Source: Myxococcota bacterium
GTDB lineage: Bacteria; Myxococcota_A; Polyangia; Polyangiales; Sandaracinaceae
Assembly (NCBI GenBank): GCA_036149055.1
Contig: JAYZQJ010000198.1
Span: 1 to 62,848 of the forward strand
Length of the DNA: 62,848 nt
Direction of reading: 5' to 3'
The notes under the pieces are model-generated. The model was given only the letters and a program-made list of their open reading frames with translations, had not been told where the DNA came from and did not search any database. Positions within the stretch are counted from its first letter, which is position 1. Every line of letters begins with the position of its first letter. Positions 1 to 9,800 of this stretch are shown piece by piece. Made by a program: the position numbers and the translations under genes.

Positions 1-300
1 GCGGGCCCCCCGCCCCCCCCGCGGGCGGCCCCCCGGGTGGGGGGCGGGGCCCCCCCTGGGCGGTGGCCCCATGGGGGGAGGGGTTGCACCAAACCCGAGT
101 CGTTCGATCCCGCGGCAGCGGGCGGCCAGCTCGCGCGCAGCGCGAGCGCGAGGCGCAGGGCCCCCAGCGCCCCGTCGCGGGGGTCGCGGGGCCAGCGCGC
201 GACGCGCGCGAGGCCCCGACGGGGTCGGGCGGGGGGCCCCATTGGGGCTTTGCCCCATGGGGGGAGGGGTTGCACCCAACCCGCCAAGAACGCACAGACA
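1..300. repeat. Repeat-rich, possibly low-quality window start: two copies of GCCCCATGGGGGGAGGGGTTGCACC (~66-90, ~252-276) and one copy of an interspersed element (~119-210) also found inverted at ~46690-46770
   Basis: Direct repeat read by eye; hairpin TGGGGC-TTT-GCCCCA at 243-257; 25-nt exact match of 154-178 to the reverse complement of 46724-46748; many G/C homopolymer runs. Confidence 0.6.
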
Positions 301-1530
301 GCCGGCGGTCGGCACCCGCTGAGCGTACGCGGTCCCGCCGCTGCCGGTGTTCGGCGGCGTGTAGCTCGCCGAGTGGCCGGGGTAGGCGTTGTCCCACGCG
401 GTCCGCTCGAAGGTGCCGACCGCGGTGTCGTGGCCGACCCACGAGGAGGCGCTGTTGCCGTAGTAGGTGGCCGAGCAGTTCCAGCCCATGCCGAGCACGT
501 AGTAGGTGCCGGGCGTGATGGACTGCCGGATGGGCCCCGACGGACGGTAGGCGTCGCCGGCGCCGAGGGTCTGGGTCGACGACCAGAGCTGCGTCCAGGG
601 CCCGGTCGAGCTGGCGCCGCTGAGCACGTAGAAGGTCACCGAGCAGCTCGAGGACAGGCCGAGGTACTGCTCGAACGACTCGAGCGTCGTGGCGGCGGTG
701 GCCCGGTAGATGTTCGAGCGGAAGTAGCGGGAGGCCGTCCAGTTGTTGGCGCGGGGCTCGGCGATGGTGGCGACGCCGCCGCTCGCCTCGGGCACGCCGC
801 AGCCGCACATGCCGGGCGCCGTCTTGGCGGGGTCCATCGGGCAGCCGTCGACGCAGTCCGCGGTTCCGTCTCCGTCGCCGTCGGTGTCGGGCACGCCGCA
901 GCCGCATGCGCCGGGCGCGGTCTTGCCCATGTCGCCCGGGCACCCGTCGAGGCAGTCGGGCGAGAGGTCCCCGTCGGTGTCGTCGTCGGGCGTGCCGCAG
1001 CCGCAGGTCCCGGCCGAGGTCTTCGCCGGGTCGGCGGGGCAGCCGTCGGAGCAGTCGGGCACTCCGTCTCCGTCGCCGTCGGTGTCGGGCACGCCGCAGC
1101 CGCATGCGCCGGGCGCGGTCTTCTCCGCGTCCATCGCGCAGCCGTCGATGCAGTCCGCGGACGCGTCGCCGTCGGTGTCCGTGTCGGGGACGCCGCAGCC
1201 GCACATCCCGGGCGCGGTCTTGTCGGGATCCTCGGGGCACTCGTCGACCGGCGCGCAGCTGAAGCCGTCGCCCTCGAAGCCCGGATCGCAGACGCAGCGA
1301 GGGGCGCCGCTCGAGGCGTCGCAGGTCGCGTTCGCGTCGCACGTCAGGTCGGCGCAGACCGGCGGGCGCCCCGAGTCGTCCGGGATCGTCCCGCCGTCGA
1401 CCCCGGCGTCGACCGCGCCGTCGGTGGAGGGCGGCGGGAGGACGCCGGAGTCGGGCGTCTCCTCGCCGCCCGAGGCGCACGCGGTCAGGAGAGCGGCGAG
1501 GGCGAGCGTCGAGAGCGAAGGGAAGCGCAT
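301..1530 (-). CDS. Cys-rich lipoprotein with an EGF-like module, five CPxDxxKTxPGxCGCGxPD (TSP3-like Ca-binding) repeats and a C-terminal beta domain; 3' end uncertain (absent from the ORF track because no stop occurs in the window)
   Basis: Manual translation from ATG 1530: MRFPSLSTLALAALLTAC (lipobox), CDANATC..CVCDPGFEGDGFSC, repeats, ending YAQRVPTAG at 301; strong GC3 bias until ~301. Confidence 0.8.
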
Positions 1531-1552
1531 GTTTCGAGGGTACCAGCCGCTC

Positions 1553-1616
1553 TCACTCGCCGCAGTGTTCACTCGCCGCAGTGTTCACTCGGCGCAGTCT
1601 TCACTCAGCGCAGTCG
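1553..1616. repeat. 4 x 16-bp tandem repeat TCACTCRSCGCAGTST; the last copy is the 3' end (stop codon) of the beta-helix gene
   Basis: Units at 1553, 1569, 1585 and 1601. Confidence 0.9.
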
Positions 1617-3085
1617 TCGGCGCCGATGTCGTTGCTGTCGCCGCGCGGGTCACCGTCGATGTCGACGGTGACCTCGGAGAGCGACTCGCCCGCGCCGACC
1701 ACCGCCGCCACGTCGCAGGACGCGAGGTGGAGGTCGCCGCCCGCGGCGTCGACGAACCAGCTCGCCTCGGCCTCGGTGACGTTGCTCCCGAGGTCGGCGC
1801 TGGCCCCGTCGCGCGCGCGGATCCGGCCGTTGGTGAGGTTGTTCTTCATCACCAGGCCGCTCGTCACGCCGTAGCGGTACTCCATGCGGCTCGAGTAGGC
1901 CTCGGGGTTCGAGTAGAACACGGTGTTGTTGAGCACCATCGTGTCGTGGCTGCGCTCGACGCTGATGCCGACGTCGTTCTGGCCGCCGGCGGGCAGCCGG
2001 CTGAAGATCATGTTGTTGCGGATGATCGAGCCGTAGACGTCGGCGCGGAAGCCGATGCCGATGCCGCGCGCGCAGTCGACGATGTGGTTGCGCTCGATGA
2101 GGTGACCGCTGCCCTCGTCGCTGTCCCACATGTGGATCGCGTGCTCGGAGAGGCCGCCGGTGTAGGTCATGCCGCCGCGCGCGTCGGGGGCGCGGCCGTG
2201 CACCGGGCGGCGCGGGCCGTCGGGGGTGCAGTAGATGCCCTCGAAGTAGCTGTCGTGGACGTGCCAGTCGCGGGACTCGTGGGTGTCGATCCCGCCCGTG
2301 TAGCACCGGGTGTTGCCGGTCTGCGAGCCGTAGCCCCACACGTTGTCGCGGCCCTCGTCGGTCATCACGAAGCGGCTGCAGCTCACCTCGACCCGGTCGA
2401 CCCGGTGGGCGTCGCCGGGGCTCGCCTTGAGGAACTGCTGGCCGCCGTCGATCATGTGCACGTCGTGGATCACCACGTCGTCGGCGTCCTTCCACAGGTG
2501 GATGAGGTGGAAGACCGAGCGGCGCACGGTGAAGCCGGAGAGCACCACGCCGGCCGCGTCGACCGTGATCGGCGCGGTCTGGCCGCCGTGCAGCCGGTAG
2601 GCCGAGTCGAGGATCACCGCGGAGGCGTCGCCCGACGCGCTGCGCAGGGTGACGTTGGGGGTGGTGAAGTACAGGCCGGAGTAGCCGCCGCCCGACGCCT
2701 CGGGGATCGTGTAGGTGCCGTCCTCGAGCAGGATCGTCGTGCCCTCGGCCGCGCCGGAGACCACCTGGCGCAGGGTGCGCATCTCGCCGTCGACCATGAC
2801 CCGGTCGCCGGCCGGCGAGACGGTGATCGTCGGCCCGGTCGCGGCGACGATCTCCGCGGTGCGGTCCGCGCAGACGCTCGGCGAGGGGCCCACGCCGCCG
2901 TCGGGGTCCGTCGTGCCGCCGCCGTCGGGGTTCACCTGCGCGTCGGGCGTGGAGCCGCCGCCGTCGGTGGGCGGCGGGGTGCTCCCGTCGGTGGTCGGGG
3001 TCGAGCCGTCCGGGGTGTCGGCGCCGCCGTCGCAGGCGAAGCAGAGGGAGAGGGCGGTGAGGAGAATCGCAGCGCGTCGAAGCAT
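1601..3085 (-). CDS. Right-handed parallel beta-helix repeat lipoprotein (pectin lyase-like fold)
   Basis: Signal/lipobox LCFAC, Pro/Thr linker, GTTILLEDGTY, repeated IERNHIVD/IIRNNMIF/VLNNTVF strands, C-terminal DIDGDPR..DIGADD. Confidence 0.85.
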   Translation of the reverse strand: MLRRAAILLTALSLCFACDGGADTPDGSTPTTDGSTPPPTDGGGSTPDAQVNPDGGGTTDPDGGVGPSPSVCADRTAEIVAATGPTITVSPAGDRVMVDGEMRTLRQVVSGAAEGTTILLEDGTYTIPEASGGGYSGLYFTTPNVTLRSASGDASAVILDSAYRLHGGQTAPITVDAAGVVLSGFTVRRSVFHLIHLWKDADDVVIHDVHMIDGGQQFLKASPGDAHRVDRVEVSCSRFVMTDEGRDNVWGYGSQTGNTRCYTGGIDTHESRDWHVHDSYFEGIYCTPDGPRRPVHGRAPDARGGMTYTGGLSEHAIHMWDSDEGSGHLIERNHIVDCARGIGIGFRADVYGSIIRNNMIFSRLPAGGQNDVGISVERSHDTMVLNNTVFYSNPEAYSSRMEYRYGVTSGLVMKNNLTNGRIRARDGASADLGSNVTEAEASWFVDAAGGDLHLASCDVAAVVGAGESLSEVTVDIDGDPRGDSNDIGADDCAE

Positions 3086-3145
3086 GGGGAGAGCATAGCG
3101 CGCGCGATCGATCCGGACGCGCCAGCCTCACTCCAACTCACGCCA

Positions 3146-5281
3146 TCAGCGCCGACCGACCCGCCGCACCTCGAGCACGTCGCGGTGACGGGAGACGCGG
3201 TCGATGACCTGCGCCACCTGATCGGCGCTCCGGCAGTCGAGGCTGAGCCGGATCCGGGCCGCCTTGCCGCGGTCGCTGTCGGCGCGCGCGCTGCGGATGT
3301 TCACGCCGATGGCGGTGACGAGCTTGGTCAGCTCGCCCATCAGGCCGGAGCGGTCGGTCGCCTGCACCTCGATCTCGACGAGGTGGCGCTGGCTCGGGTC
3401 GGCGCCCCAGTCGATCTCGACCAGGCGCTCCGGCTCGGGCGTGGCGAGGATGTTCGGGCAGCGGCGGTGATGGATCACGATGCCGCGGCCGCGGGTGACG
3501 AAGCCGACCACGTCGTCGCCGGGCACCGGGCTGCAGCAGTTGGCGCGGCGCCCCATCACCTCGTCGGAGCCGCCGAGCCTCAGGCCCGAGGCGGTCTGGC
3601 GGGTCGGCGGCGGGGGCGGCGTCGACGGGAGCGTGGGCTCCTCCGGCGGCGCCTTCTCGCGCTCCAGGGTGAGCGCGGCCGACGAGACCGAGTGCGCGTT
3701 GCGGTCGCCGTAGCCCACCGCCGCGTAGAGGTCGTCGACCGACGGGTAGTCGAGCGCGTGGGCGACCTCCTCGATGGTGGCGTGCTCGAGGTCGAGCCGG
3801 GCGAGCTCGCGCTCCACCATCTCCTTGCCGACGTGCATCGACTCGTCGCGACCCTGCTTGCGGAAGAACGCGCGGACCTTGCCTCGCGCGCTCGCCGTGC
3901 GGAGGAAGCCGAGCCCCGGGTTCATCCAGTCGCGGCTCGGCTGCGGCTCCTTCTGCGTCAGGATCTCGACCCGGTCGCCGGTCTTCAGCGCGTGGTCGAG
4001 GGTGACGATCTTGCCGTTCACCTTCGCGCCGCGGCAGCGGTGGCCGACCATCGTGTGCACGCGGTAGGCGAAGTCGAGCGGGGTCGAGCCCACCGGCAGG
4101 TCGATCACGTCGCCGGCCGGGGTGAAGACGTAGACCTGGTCCTCGAAGATGTCGGTCTTGAGCGACTCGATGAACTGGTGCGGGTCGGAGACCTCGCGCT
4201 CCCAGTCCATCAGCTGCCGGAGCAGCATGAACTTGTCTTGCGGGCCCTTGGAGCTGCCCTCCTTGTAGGCCCAGTGCGCCGCGACGCCGAACTCGCTGAG
4301 CTGGTGCATCTGCTCGGTGCGGATCTGGACCTCCACCGGGCGGCCCCCGGGGCCGATGACCGCGGTGTGGAGCGACTGGTAGCCGTTGTCCTTGGGCTTG
4401 GCGACGTAGTCGTCGAACTCGCTCGGGATCGGCACGAAGGTCGAGTGCACGATGCCGAGCACGCCGTAGCAGTCCTGGAGGCGCTTGGTGATGACGCGGA
4501 CCGCGCGCAGGTCGTAGAGCTGATCGAACTCCAGGTCCTTGCGCTGCATCTTCTTGTAGATGCTGTAGATGTGCTTCGCGCGGCCCTTGATGGACGCCTC
4601 GATGCCCTCCTCGGCGAGCTTGGACTCGAGCACGCCGACGACTTCGTCGATGAAGGCCTGCCGCTCGTCGCGCCGCTCGGCGAGGAGCCGCTTGATCTCG
4701 GCGTAGGTGTCGGGCTCGAGCTCGCGGAGCGCGAAGTCCTCGAGCTCCCACTTCAGCTGCCAGATGCCGAGGCGGTTGGCGAGCGGCGCGAAGACGTCGA
4801 GCGTCTCCCGGGCGTAGCGCTGCCGCTCCGCGTCGCTCCAGGAGCCGTCCTTCATCGAGCGGATCCGCTGCACCCGCATCGCGAGCACGATCATCACGAC
4901 GCGCACGTCGCGCGCCATCGCGAGGAACATCTCGCGGAGGGTCTCGGCCGCCTCCTCCTCGATGCGGTCCCAGCGGATGGTGGCGAGCCGCTCGACGCCG
5001 GCGAGGAGCCGCCCCACGTCCTCGCCGAGCGCCTCCTCGATCTGCTCGAGGGGCAGGGCGTGCTCGACGAAGGCGCGCGCGGCCAGGGCGGCGGCGACCG
5101 CCGGAGGGTCGAGGCGGAGCTTCGCGAGCACGTCGGCGGTGTCGATCGCGTCGCTCACCGCGTCCGGCTGGTCGGCGAAGCGCTTCGCGACGAGGTCGTG
5201 CGCCCGGCTCACCACCGACGCGTCGACGTCGGGGTGGTGCTTCCCCAGCCGGGTGAGCAGCGCGGTCGGCTCCTGGTTCAC
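3146..5281 (-). CDS. relA: Long RelA/SpoT homologue, (p)ppGpp synthetase with degenerate HD domain, TGS, ZFD and ACT
   Basis: APLANRLGIWQLKWELED, GRAKHIYSIYKKM, EFDDYVAKPKDNGYQSLHT, EVQIRT, GVAAHWAYK, TPLDFAY..H, CCSPVPGD; start GTG 5281 inferred. Confidence 0.93.
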   Translation of the reverse strand: MNQEPTALLTRLGKHHPDVDASVVSRAHDLVAKRFADQPDAVSDAIDTADVLAKLRLDPPAVAAALAARAFVEHALPLEQIEEALGEDVGRLLAGVERLATIRWDRIEEEAAETLREMFLAMARDVRVVMIVLAMRVQRIRSMKDGSWSDAERQRYARETLDVFAPLANRLGIWQLKWELEDFALRELEPDTYAEIKRLLAERRDERQAFIDEVVGVLESKLAEEGIEASIKGRAKHIYSIYKKMQRKDLEFDQLYDLRAVRVITKRLQDCYGVLGIVHSTFVPIPSEFDDYVAKPKDNGYQSLHTAVIGPGGRPVEVQIRTEQMHQLSEFGVAAHWAYKEGSSKGPQDKFMLLRQLMDWEREVSDPHQFIESLKTDIFEDQVYVFTPAGDVIDLPVGSTPLDFAYRVHTMVGHRCRGAKVNGKIVTLDHALKTGDRVEILTQKEPQPSRDWMNPGLGFLRTASARGKVRAFFRKQGRDESMHVGKEMVERELARLDLEHATIEEVAHALDYPSVDDLYAAVGYGDRNAHSVSSAALTLEREKAPPEEPTLPSTPPPPPTRQTASGLRLGGSDEVMGRRANCCSPVPGDDVVGFVTRGRGIVIHHRRCPNILATPEPERLVEIDWGADPSQRHLVEIEVQATDRSGLMGELTKLVTAIGVNIRSARADSDRGKAARIRLSLDCRSADQVAQVIDRVSRHRDVLEVRRVGRR

Positions 5282-5390
5282 GGACCGAGGGCTAGCCGGA
5301 CCCCGCGCCGCGCGCCAGGAGGCCCGCCTCGGTGGTGGATTCGGTGCGCCGCGGGGTGATAGCCTCGCTGCCTCTCGGGAGGGTGGTGCG

Positions 5391-6839
5391 ATGGAGAGGT
5401 TGGAGTTCGACACGATGGCCCCGAGCGTCGAGCCGGGGTCCCTCACGCTCCTCCGGTTGCGCGGTCGCGAGGCGCTGTGTCGGCCCTACGCGTACGAGCT
5501 GACCCTGGAGACCGAGGCGGACGGAGGGCTCGCGCCCGAGGCGCTCGACGAGCTGCTCCGCTTCCCCTGCCGGGTGGCCTTCGGGCGCGAGGGGGGCACC
5601 GAGATCCACGGGATCCTGCGGGCGATCGAGGTCCCCTCGGCCCACGAGCCCTCGCCGGTCCGCTACCGCGCGCACCTCGTGCCCAAGCTCTGGGCGCTGA
5701 GCCAGGCGCGGCGATCGCGGGTGTTCCAGGACCTCGACGTGGTGGGCATCGTCACCGCGGTGCTCGAGGAGCTGGGGCTCGAGGCGGAGACCCACTTCGG
5801 CTTCGAGGTCAGCAAGACCTACCCGACGAGCGAGTACACGGTGCAGTACCAGGAGAGCGATCTCGACTTCGTGCATCGCCTCCTCGAGCACTACGGCCTC
5901 TTCTACTTCTTCGCGCAGGGGCCCGACGGCGAGCAAGTCGTGTTCTCCGACGACAGCCGCACCGCCCGGCCCCTCGAGGGCGCGGAGCTGCTGAGCTTCG
6001 GCGCGGTCGAGCGGAGCGAGGAGGCGGGCGTGATGGAGCTCGGCCGGGTGCTGACCCCGCAGCCCGCGGCGGTGGTGCTGCGCGACTACAACTGGCGCAC
6101 GCCGTCGATCGCGCTGCAGTCCGAGGCCAAGGTCGACGAGGCGACCGGCCGCGGCTTCCACAACGAGTACGGCCTCCACTTCAAGGATCCGTCGGCGGGG
6201 GCCGCGCTCGCCGCGGTGCGCTCCGAGGAGCTGATGGCGGCGCGCGACGTCTACGAGGGGCGCTGCCGGGTGGCGGGGCTCGCGCCGGGGCACCGGGTGG
6301 AGGTCACCGGGCACCCGCTGCTCGGCTTCGATCAGGAGTACCTGATCACCGAGGTCGAGCAGGAGGTGGACGGCGGCGCGACGCAGGACACCGGCAACAT
6401 CCTCCACGAGAAGACCTTCCGGGCCATCCCGTTCACCACGCCCTACCGGCCGCCGCGGCGCACGCCGAAGCCGAAGATCGAGGGCATCATGCACGCGCGG
6501 GTGGACGGCGAGGTGCCGGGCACCGCCGCGCCGATCGATCAGTACGGCCGCTACAAGGTGCTCTTCCCGTTCGACCTCGTGGGCGTACCGGGCGGCCGCG
6601 CCTCCCGGTGGGTCCGGCTGGCGCAGCCCTCGAGCGGAGCGGGCTACGGCATCCACTTCCCGCTGCACATCGGGGCGGAGGTCGCGGTCTCGCACCTCGA
6701 CGGCGATCCCGACCGGCCGATCATCATGGCCTCGCCGCCGAACGCCGAGACGGTGACGCCGGTCAACGACCGGAACGCGACGCAGTCGGAGATCGTGACC
6801 AAGACCGGCATCCGCATGACCTGGGACGACGACTGCTGA
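5391..6839 (+). CDS. vgrG: Type VI secretion tip protein VgrG/TssI, short (gp27 hub + gp5 OB-fold, no beta-helix spike)
   Basis: GREALCRPYAYEL, RSRVFQD, YTVQYQESDLDFVHRLLEHYG, LRDYNWRTP, IDQYGRYKVLF, SRWVRLAQ, HFPLHIGAEV..DGDPDRP; ends KTGIRMTWDDDC. Confidence 0.92.
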   Translation: MERLEFDTMAPSVEPGSLTLLRLRGREALCRPYAYELTLETEADGGLAPEALDELLRFPCRVAFGREGGTEIHGILRAIEVPSAHEPSPVRYRAHLVPKLWALSQARRSRVFQDLDVVGIVTAVLEELGLEAETHFGFEVSKTYPTSEYTVQYQESDLDFVHRLLEHYGLFYFFAQGPDGEQVVFSDDSRTARPLEGAELLSFGAVERSEEAGVMELGRVLTPQPAAVVLRDYNWRTPSIALQSEAKVDEATGRGFHNEYGLHFKDPSAGAALAAVRSEELMAARDVYEGRCRVAGLAPGHRVEVTGHPLLGFDQEYLITEVEQEVDGGATQDTGNILHEKTFRAIPFTTPYRPPRRTPKPKIEGIMHARVDGEVPGTAAPIDQYGRYKVLFPFDLVGVPGGRASRWVRLAQPSSGAGYGIHFPLHIGAEVAVSHLDGDPDRPIIMASPPNAETVTPVNDRNATQSEIVTKTGIRMTWDDDC

Positions 6840-6861
6840 GCGCGGTCGAGGGGAGCGCCAA

Positions 6862-9800
6862 GTGAGCGACGGTAGCATCGAGGACACCGCTCGACGGTTC
6901 GAGATCTTCGTCCCGAGCCCGAAGGCTCGGATCAACATGGGGAGCCGGAACGCCACCGACACGGGGCCGTTCGGCTACAGCGGGCTGTCGCTCCAGTCCG
7001 ACGTGCACCTCTTCATCGACGCGAACAAGCACACCCTCTACCAGACCGGGCAGAACTTCTGCGGGCAGGTCGGCGGCAAGTGGTGGCAGTTCTCGAACGA
7101 CCCGATGTTCCTCTCCTCGACCGCCAACATGACGGTCGCGGCCGACAACAAGGTCATCATCGCCTCCGGCGCCGGCCAGGGTCAGATCACCGCGCTCGAC
7201 CACGGCGAGAACATTCGCCTCGTCCCCTACAACGAGCTCAAGCTCCACTACGTCGTCGACACCCTGCAGACCGGGCTCTTCGAGTTCTTCCACGGCCGCC
7301 ACGATCGGAAGGAGGAGAAGTTCGGGCTCCTCAAGAAGATCGACCTCGAGCACTTCGACTCGTCCTCGGCGGCGCTGAAGAACGACGGCGTGGCCGCGCA
7401 CGAGGGCGGCTTCCTCAACACGGTCGCGCGCTCCTGGGAGCTGATGGATCGGGGCGTCCTCGAGGACGCGCTCGCCGCGAACCCGGCGCACGGCGCGGTG
7501 CCCTCCCTCGGGCCGATCCTGGGCGCGAAGATCGCGGGCGCGCCCGACCTCGCGGCCCTCGAGTACGGCTTCTCGACCTACTTCGCGCGCTTCGACCCGT
7601 ACAAGTACGGAAAGGACGGCTGGCTCAACAAGCTCCACAAGGTCGTGTCGGTGCTCAAGCGCTTCGTGCACGTGGCGCTCAAGTACGGGGAGATCGTCAC
7701 CGACCTGCCGATCATCTCGCACGCGATCAAGGCCTTCGAGGCGCTCGGCTCGCTCATGAACGCGGCCTGGAGCGCGCGGAACATGGCGACCGACAGCTTC
7801 CCGGCGCTGGTCACCTTCCAGCGCGCCTCCGACGGGAGCTGGAGCGGGGGCTCGTTCGGCACCGGCGGCGTCGTCGACGAGGCGAGCTCGGGCATGCTCG
7901 CGCGCGGCGCGCACGTGGCCGACGGCGCGGCCGACTCCCGGAAGGCGAAGATCGAGTCGAAGGAGGAGCCGGAGGGCGGCTTCCGGCTGACTGGCCAGAC
8001 CTATCGCCTCGACGTGGAGTGGAAGGACGGCCGGAAGTCACCGGCGGTGATGGTGAACCCGACCGGGCCGCAGCCGGCGACCCTGGAGATCACCGCGCCG
8101 ACCCTCACCAACACGCCTGAGACCAAGACCCTGGCGCTGAAGGTCGGCGGCCAGACGATCACCGTGTCGCTCAGCGCCGCGAACACCGCGGACGGAGCCG
8201 TCTTCGCGGCCGCGATCGACGCGGCGCTCGGGGCGCGCGGGACGGCGATCGACGCCGGCGCCAGCGTCGCCGTGACCGCCACGCCTCACGTCGCGATCGG
8301 CGGCGCGGCCGGCGCGGAGACCGCGTCCATCGCGTTCCCGCCGAGCGACATCAGCGTGGACTGGTCCGCGTCGGTCGACGTCAACGGCACGGTCACCACG
8401 GTCACCGTCCCGGTGGGGCAGCTCGTGAGCGCGGCGAGGTTCGCCGAGAGCGTCCGGGGGCAGCTGCCCGAGAGCGTGACCGTCGAGACGGCCGTGAGCG
8501 AGGTGACGATCATCGCGCCCGAGCCCGCGCTGAAGCTGCTGAACGCCAACGACACCCCGTCGCTCCTGGTGCGCATGGGCAGCGGCGAGGCGGCCTACGA
8601 CAACCGGACGAGCTCCCTCCCGCTGAAGGCGCCGGTGCTCAGCGCCACCGGAGAGAAGGAGCAGCTGAAGGTCGCGGTGGACGGGACGACCTTCACCGTC
8701 GACCTGGACTCCAGCACGACCCTGAAGAGCGCGCTCGACGCCGAGACCACGCTCCTGACCCTGGCCAGCGTGTCGGGCACCGGGAACGGCCCGATCACCA
8801 TCACCACGCGGTCGAGCCGCGGGTCCTCGCAGGTCGCGGTGAAGAGCGTCTACGACCAGCCCCGGTGGAGCTTCTCGCCGAGCCGCGACGAGCAGGGGGC
8901 CGACGGCTGCGACAACCCGCTCACCGTCGACGCGCTCCTCGGGCTCATCGGGAGCCTCGACGGCGTCTCGGCCTCCAAGGACGGCAGCAAGCTCGTGCTC
9001 GAGGCGACGGCGACCGGCGAGGGCTCGAAGGTGAAGGTGTCGGGCAACCTGGCGGGCGTCGTCTTCACCGACAAAGAGGACGAGATCACCGGCGCGCCGG
9101 ACCTCGGCGACAGCGGCGTCTTCGACACCGACTTCGAGACCTCGCTCAAGACCCTCCGGAGCTGGAACCACGAGCTGCAGAAGCTTCCCGAGGACACGCG
9201 CAACCTCACCCGCCCGCTGACCAACGCGCTCCAGGACACCCTGTCGACGGTCAGCGCCCTCGAGTCGATGACGAAGACGATCGCGGAGATCGCCGCGAAG
9301 GGCTCGCCGCCGCCGCCCGAGGCGATCGGTCTGCTGGCCAACGACGGCATCACACTGGGCACCGCGGACCGGATCGTCGGGACCGGGGGCAAGGGCATCG
9401 TCTTCATCTCGGACGGCGGCACCGGGAGCCCGGACCGGAACAAGTTCGTCAAGACCGAGAAGCTGGTCGCGGACATGGGCGCGTGGACCTCGAGCTTCTT
9501 CGAGGCGGACAGCGCCGACGCGCCGGCGCGATCGCTGGGCTTCCGGGTGCTCAGCGACAGCGCCATCGACATGACGTCGACGACCTACGCCCAGCTCGCG
9601 GCGATGGGCCGGGCGAAGCTCCAGGGCGCGCGCCCCGACGGCCGCCAGGACGGCGCCGGCATCGGCATCGCGCGGGTGATCGGATCGTACGCGTCCGAGG
9701 TGGCCGGCTACGAGAAGGTGGTGATCAGCGCGCGGAGCCCGGGCGACGCGAACGACAAGGCCGGCGCCACCGGCGGGCGGGTCGAGCTGCTGGGCCAGCG

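Noticed and set aside
743..5359. 1538-aa plus-strand ORF and similar long ORFs (8038..10854, 22362..25295, 29956..32940, 42170..44950, 50374..54261)
   Set aside because: Antisense shadows of motif-bearing genes, expected at this GC content
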